Part shown: positions 59,831-64,000 of the stretch, one piece after another
Layout: each line of letters starts with the position of its first letter
Numbering within the stretch: the stretch's first letter is position 1
Source of the DNA: Alphaproteobacteria bacterium
GTDB taxonomy: Bacteria; Pseudomonadota; Alphaproteobacteria; SP197
Assembly (NCBI GenBank): GCA_964291265.2
Contig: OZ219747.1
Span: 3,584,001 to 3,648,000, forward strand
Length of the DNA stretch: 64,000 nt
Direction: 5' to 3'
Translations under genes and position numbers: made by a program
Notes under the pieces: generated by a model
Database searches by the model: none
What the model was told of the DNA's origin: nothing
What the model saw: the letters and a program-made list of their open reading frames with translations, nothing else

Positions 59831-60973
59831 CTACATGCCGGCGAGGACCTCGTCATGCAGATTGACGAGCTTGCGCTGGATGTCAGGTGGCACCGTTTGG
59901 AACCACAGGCTCCCCGAGAGGATCGCTTCGGGATCCTCGAGTCCGAGATTCTCGATAATGGCCTGCGACGCCATGTCGTAGGACTTCGCGTTGGTGGCGC
60001 CGTAGGCGTATTCCTCGATCATGAAGACGCCGACTTCCGGAGCCAGAGTGGCATCGAGATAGTCATAGCGCTGTTCCTCGGTCCCGACATGGCTCCTCAG
60101 GAGCACGTGGCCGTCAACCCAGGTCAGCAACCCTTCCTTCGGTACCATGTATTCGACTTCGACCCCTTCCGCCTTCAGTGTCGCGTATGCGGAATTCCAG
60201 GCGTACATGGCGACAATCTCACCGGACGCCAGGGCCGCCTGAGCATCCACCTCGCTCGCCCAGTAGAAGCGGTTGAGACCGCGCTGTTCCTGGAGCAGCT
60301 TGCGGACCTCCACGATCTCGTAATCCGTCATCGCGAAGGGATCCTCGACTCCCGCGATCAGTCCCGCGGGAATCGTTGTTCCGGCCCAGTTGTCACGCAT
60401 GGCCACCCGGTTGGCGTACTTGGGATCCCAGAGGATATTCCAGGTGTGGTTCTCCTTGCCGGAGTACTCGGGCGCCAGGTCGCTGCGAAACACGATGGAG
60501 GAGTTCCCCCAGGACCACGGAGCGTAGTACTGGTTGCCCTCGTCATCGAACGTGCCGCGGATGTTCCGCAACTGATCGAAGATGTCAGGCCAGTGGCTGA
60601 GCCGACTGGTGTCGATGGGTTCCGCCAGGCCTGCGTGAATCCAGCGGATGACGGAGCTGCCACTGGGGCAGACGACGTCGGCCTCAAAGCCGGCGCGGAT
60701 CTTCTCCAGGGCCTCGTCGTTGTCGGCATAGAAGGACGAATCGGGTTCGCGTCCATACTTCTCGGTGAACGCCGGGTGAAGCTCCGGCAGTTCGTAACCG
60801 TTCCACGTGAAGAGATAGAGCCAGCCGTCCTCACCCGACGCGGGCTGCTGGACGAGCGGCATGGTGGCTGAGGCCACACCGACCGCTCCCAGGGTTCTGA
60901 CGACATCCCTCCTCGTCAGCGCCTTCTTGGACAGTGCATCCTTGAACTCGTCGACTGGCATGATTCCGGGCAT
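59831..60973 (-). CDS. PotD/PotF-family polyamine ABC substrate-binding protein, Tat-exported
   Basis: LTRRDVVRTLG, LFTWNGY, DNDEALEK, PWSWG, LWDPKY, AMYAWN, PKEGLLTWVD. Confidence 0.88.
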   Translation of the reverse strand: MPGIMPVDEFKDALSKKALTRRDVVRTLGAVGVASATMPLVQQPASGEDGWLYLFTWNGYELPELHPAFTEKYGREPDSSFYADNDEALEKIRAGFEADVVCPSGSSVIRWIHAGLAEPIDTSRLSHWPDIFDQLRNIRGTFDDEGNQYYAPWSWGNSSIVFRSDLAPEYSGKENHTWNILWDPKYANRVAMRDNWAGTTIPAGLIAGVEDPFAMTDYEIVEVRKLLQEQRGLNRFYWASEVDAQAALASGEIVAMYAWNSAYATLKAEGVEVEYMVPKEGLLTWVDGHVLLRSHVGTEEQRYDYLDATLAPEVGVFMIEEYAYGATNAKSYDMASQAIIENLGLEDPEAILSGSLWFQTVPPDIQRKLVNLHDEVLAGM

Positions 60974-61065
60974 GGCGTCTCCTTATCGACAGGTTTCTTG
61001 TGGGGCAGGATACGGAAATGTCGGACACTTGACCAACCGGCGGCCGATCTGAAGGAGAAAGCGCC

Positions 61066-61701
61066 ATGGCACTGTCACGCAAGGAGCTGATGAGACGGAT
61101 CTACCAGCCGCGGGATATGCGGGAACTGCGCCAGACGTACGACATCTGGGCCGACGACTACGATGATGACGTCGCACGCCGGGACTACAGACTCCCCGGA
61201 ATCATCACGGCCCTCGTGGCGCGTCACGTCACCACCGGTGCCGGAACCATCCTGGATGCCGGGGCCGGTACCGGCATTCTCGGAGAGTGGCTCTCCCTGG
61301 CCGGGTACCGAGACATCCTGGCCCTCGACATGTCCCCGGGCATGCTCGGGGGTGCCGCCCGCCGGGGTGTCTACAGCAGTCTTCAAACCGGTGAACTCGG
61401 GCAGCTGATCGATCTGCCGGATGGCCGCTTTGCCGCCGTTGCCTCGGCCGGCGCCTTCGGCATGACCCATGCGCCGGCCCACGGCTTCCGTGAGATGGTC
61501 CGCCTCACCCGGAAGGGTGGATATCTTGTCCTCTCAATCCGCCTCGAAGGTATGGATGAGGGAGGATTCGAGGAGGAAGCCCGACGCATGGAACGGGACG
61601 GTCTGTGGCACTGCGTCGAGTCCTTGGCCCCCTTCGAGGCCTTCGCCGGAGACCGCGAGAGCCTCTACGTCATATGGGTCTTCCAAAGCCTCTCTCCATG
61701 A
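61066..61701 (+). CDS. Class I SAM-dependent methyltransferase
   Basis: YDIWADDYD, ILDAGAGTG, LDMSPGML, EMVRLTRKGG; RBS AAGGAG. Confidence 0.88.
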   Translation: MALSRKELMRRIYQPRDMRELRQTYDIWADDYDDDVARRDYRLPGIITALVARHVTTGAGTILDAGAGTGILGEWLSLAGYRDILALDMSPGMLGGAARRGVYSSLQTGELGQLIDLPDGRFAAVASAGAFGMTHAPAHGFREMVRLTRKGGYLVLSIRLEGMDEGGFEEEARRMERDGLWHCVESLAPFEAFAGDRESLYVIWVFQSLSP

Positions 61702-62149
61702 TCTCGAGGCCCGTCAGTCACGCGACCCGGGGCAAGCTCTCGAACAGACGCATCCGAGACAGTCCGCGCGGTACGCGGCAATCATCCGGAACAGCGCCCT
61801 CGGCGGACCCAGCCAGCGTAGCGCGATCGGGGACCGGCACGAGAAGGACGCCGTTGTTTCAGGCATGGGAGCGACGACCGGTCCTCCGCTTCCAACGCCT
61901 GAGCCGGTCGTCTGGAACCCTGAGGACAAGGCGGCTGCTTGAGCCAGTTTGAAGGCACTTCCCATGTCCTCCTGAACTGACCCCGGATTGCCGCCTCGCG
62001 GTTCTGCAGCCGTTCAGGCTCACGGAGCGAAGCGCGCACATCGTGCGCGACGGTGCCCGACGTCCCGGGACCTGCCATTCGAGTACTTCCGCCCGAGTCG
62101 ACAAGTCGACGATCTCACCCGCGTTCCGGACGGACAACTCGGCTGCATC
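61700..62149 (-). pseudogene. Possible heavily decayed transposase N-terminal remnant (IS66-like)
   Basis: Broken frames with a coiled-coil-like segment, RRWKRRTGRRS and RMRLFESLPR; weak resemblance only. Confidence 0.25.
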
Positions 62150-62433
62150 TGTTGATGGCTGCATAGAACGGCGGGATTTCGGCAATTCACCGCGCTATTC
62201 CGTGATCGTATTCCGTCCCTGTTGTCACGGTTCGAGTATTCATCTGGTTGTCTCTGTGAGCGTCGCCCGTTTTCTTCCCTATTGTCGTTTCGGTCCGGTT
62301 CCGGTCTTTGTGCCGGCATCTGAGCCGAGCTCCCGGCGGTTGCCGGGAGCGTACCGGTTCCGGGACTGTCACGCGATCGTTTGCCCTTTCTGTCGTCGGC
62401 TCCTGCTGTCCGGACCCAGTGCCAGATCGGCAT
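62150..62433 (+). repeat. 34-bp end (copy 4) plus subterminal region homologous to 58979-59290
   Basis: Exact 34-mer at 62150-62183; shared blocks CCGCGCT, CCCTGTTGTCA, GAGCG.CGCCCGT, CCTATTGTCGTTT.GGTCCGGTTC, CGGTTGCCGGGAG, GATCGTTTG, GTCCGG.CCC, GGCAT. Confidence 0.85.
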
Positions 62434-62834
62434 CGCGAAAAAACGATGCAGTACCGGGCAGAGTTTCACTCGACACCCCTCCGGTGCAGTACCGGGGTGA
62501 GCCGGTCACGGGAGACCACACCGTTCAGCATTGTCAGGATGAAGTTTCGTGTGGAACGCGGTGATGAGATCATGCACCGCAAGGTTGCTCGGCGTGTTCG
62601 TCATGGTGGCCCCTGGACGGAGCTGAAGCCCCGAAAGCCTGACGGGACTTCGGGGTGCGGGCGCTCCCTGTCGCGGCCATATCCTTCGTCCCTTGCTTGT
62701 GGAAAGGCAGGCGGATAGCGTGGTCGTTGTGTTCAGGCGGGACCGTTTCGGGACATCGGGAGCCACGGCAAGGTAAGTAAGGTTCCGCGCCCCCGCATCA
62801 ACCGCAGGTTCCGGCGCCGCGAAGGAAGAGACCG

Positions 62835-64000
62835 ATGAGCCGCCGCCGTCTTCCGATCGGGATCCAGGACTTCCTGACGATCCGTAGCGAAGACTTCTAC
62901 TACGTGGACAAGACCTCGCTCGTCCGGCGTCTGGTGGACGAGGGGCGCCACTACTTCCTGTCGCGTCCGCGCCGTTTCGGCAAGAGCCTGCTGCTCGACA
63001 CCCTGGGATCGCTGTTTGCCTGCCACGAACCCCTGTTCCGGGGCCTAGACATCCACCCCCGCTGGGACTGGTCGGCGCCGCATCCTGTGGTGCGGCTGAG
63101 CTTCGACGGAAAATACAACGAACCCGAAGACATCGAGCGCAACATTCTCAACCAGCTGGCGATCATCGAACATGGCGCCGGCCTCGACGAGGTGCCGGTC
63201 GCCAACACGGGTCCGGAGCGTTTGCAGAATGTCCTCTATCACCTGCGTTGCGCCACCGGCCGGCAGGTGGTGGTGCTGGTGGACGAGTACGACAAGCCGA
63301 TCCTTGACGTGCTCCACGATCCCGAACTCGCGAGGGCCAACCGGGACTACCTGCGCGGCTTCTACGGTATCGTCAAGGGCAGCGCCAGGCATGTCCGCTT
63401 CGTCTTCGTCACCGGTGTCAGCATGTTCTCGAAGGTCAGCCTGTTCTCGGGTCTCAACAACCTGAAGGACATCAGCCTCGATCCGCGCTTCGCCACGATC
63501 TGCGGCTACCGCGAGGAGGATCTCGACCGTGTGTTCGGCCCCGAGCTGGCGGGTCTGGACCGCGAGAAAGTCCGCACCTGGTACAACGGCTACCACTGGC
63601 GGGGCGGGGAGCGGGTCTACAATCCCTATGACGTGCTCCTGCTGCTCGACAGCCGCGAGTTCCGTCCCTACTGGTTCGAGACCGGGTCGCCGGACTTTCT
63701 GTTCCGCATGCTGATGGAGAAGTCGGTGAGTCCGATGGAACTGGAGGGGCGGCTGGCGGGCACGTCCCTGGTCTCCAAGTTCGATGTCGACGACATCGCC
63801 ATCGAGGCCCTGCTCTTCCAGACCGGCTACCTGACCATCGCGGGGGAGGAGCGGGACGAGTTCGACGCTCTCTACCGGCTGGACTATCCCAACCTTGAGG
63901 TCCGCATCAGCCTGAACCGCGGACTGCTTGCCTGGCTGAGCAGGAAGGGGGTCGAGCCGCTGGAGCGGGGCCGGGAGTTCTGCGCCCTGCTGGAGGCGAA
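62835..64000 (+). CDS. AAA-ATPase-like protein (family usually carrying a C-terminal PD-(D/E)XK nuclease); runs off window end
   Basis: Not in the ORF track (no stop). MSRRRLPIGIQDF..YYVDKT, YFLSRPRRFGKS, LVDEYDKP, FVFVTGVS.FSK.SLFSGLNNL, WYNGY, VYNPY, YWFETG, LLFQTGYLTI. Confidence 0.92.
   Translation, partial: MSRRRLPIGIQDFLTIRSEDFYYVDKTSLVRRLVDEGRHYFLSRPRRFGKSLLLDTLGSLFACHEPLFRGLDIHPRWDWSAPHPVVRLSFDGKYNEPEDIERNILNQLAIIEHGAGLDEVPVANTGPERLQNVLYHLRCATGRQVVVLVDEYDKPILDVLHDPELARANRDYLRGFYGIVKGSARHVRFVFVTGVSMFSKVSLFSGLNNLKDISLDPRFATICGYREEDLDRVFGPELAGLDREKVRTWYNGYHWRGGERVYNPYDVLLLLDSREFRPYWFETGSPDFLFRMLMEKSVSPMELEGRLAGTSLVSKFDVDDIAIEALLFQTGYLTIAGEERDEFDALYRLDYPNLEVRISLNRGLLAWLSRKGVEPLERGREFCALLEA

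Noticed and set aside
56790-62183. 34-bp repeat as an integron attC site
   Set aside because: It lacks proper RYYYAAC/GTTRRRY boxes and a long palindrome; there is no integrase or cassette organisation.

Overview
High-GC bacterial DNA, probably alphaproteobacterial (cpdR next to N-formylglutamate amidohydrolase; cinA-like/sfsA/map; two-subunit NAD-linked formate dehydrogenase). The many pseudogenes and IS remnants suggest a host-associated lifestyle (inference). Most intact genes are for uptake and breakdown of nitrogen-containing or N-methylated compounds: a creatininase/acyl-CoA dehydrogenase/FrhB-family operon, an amidinotransferase (DDAH-like) with a divergent LysR, an N,N-dimethylformamidase-like cluster (one small and two large subunits), Fe/2OG oxygenases, GFA, BKACE, CocE plus a peptide-type ABC transporter, and formate dehydrogenase. 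Mobile DNA includes a complete IS4-family element whose transposase carries an N-terminal DUF4338 domain (TIRs plus 8-bp TSD), a complete IS5 (IS1031-like), an internally deleted IS1634 derivative, IS66/IS630/serine-recombinase remnants, higBA, and four identical copies of an unassigned 34-bp TGT-initiated element end. The best candidates for undescribed biology are: a three-gene MotA/ExbB-type membrane motor with no TonB, TolA, OmpA-domain or Zorya partners (4358-6136); the 34-bp/300-bp repeat family (56.7-62.4 kb); the DUF4338-transposase fusion; the tandem DMFase-like large subunits; and a CpdR orthologue lacking the phosphorylation-site residues. No rRNA, tRNA or CRISPR array was seen. All calls come from motif recognition by eye, without database searches.
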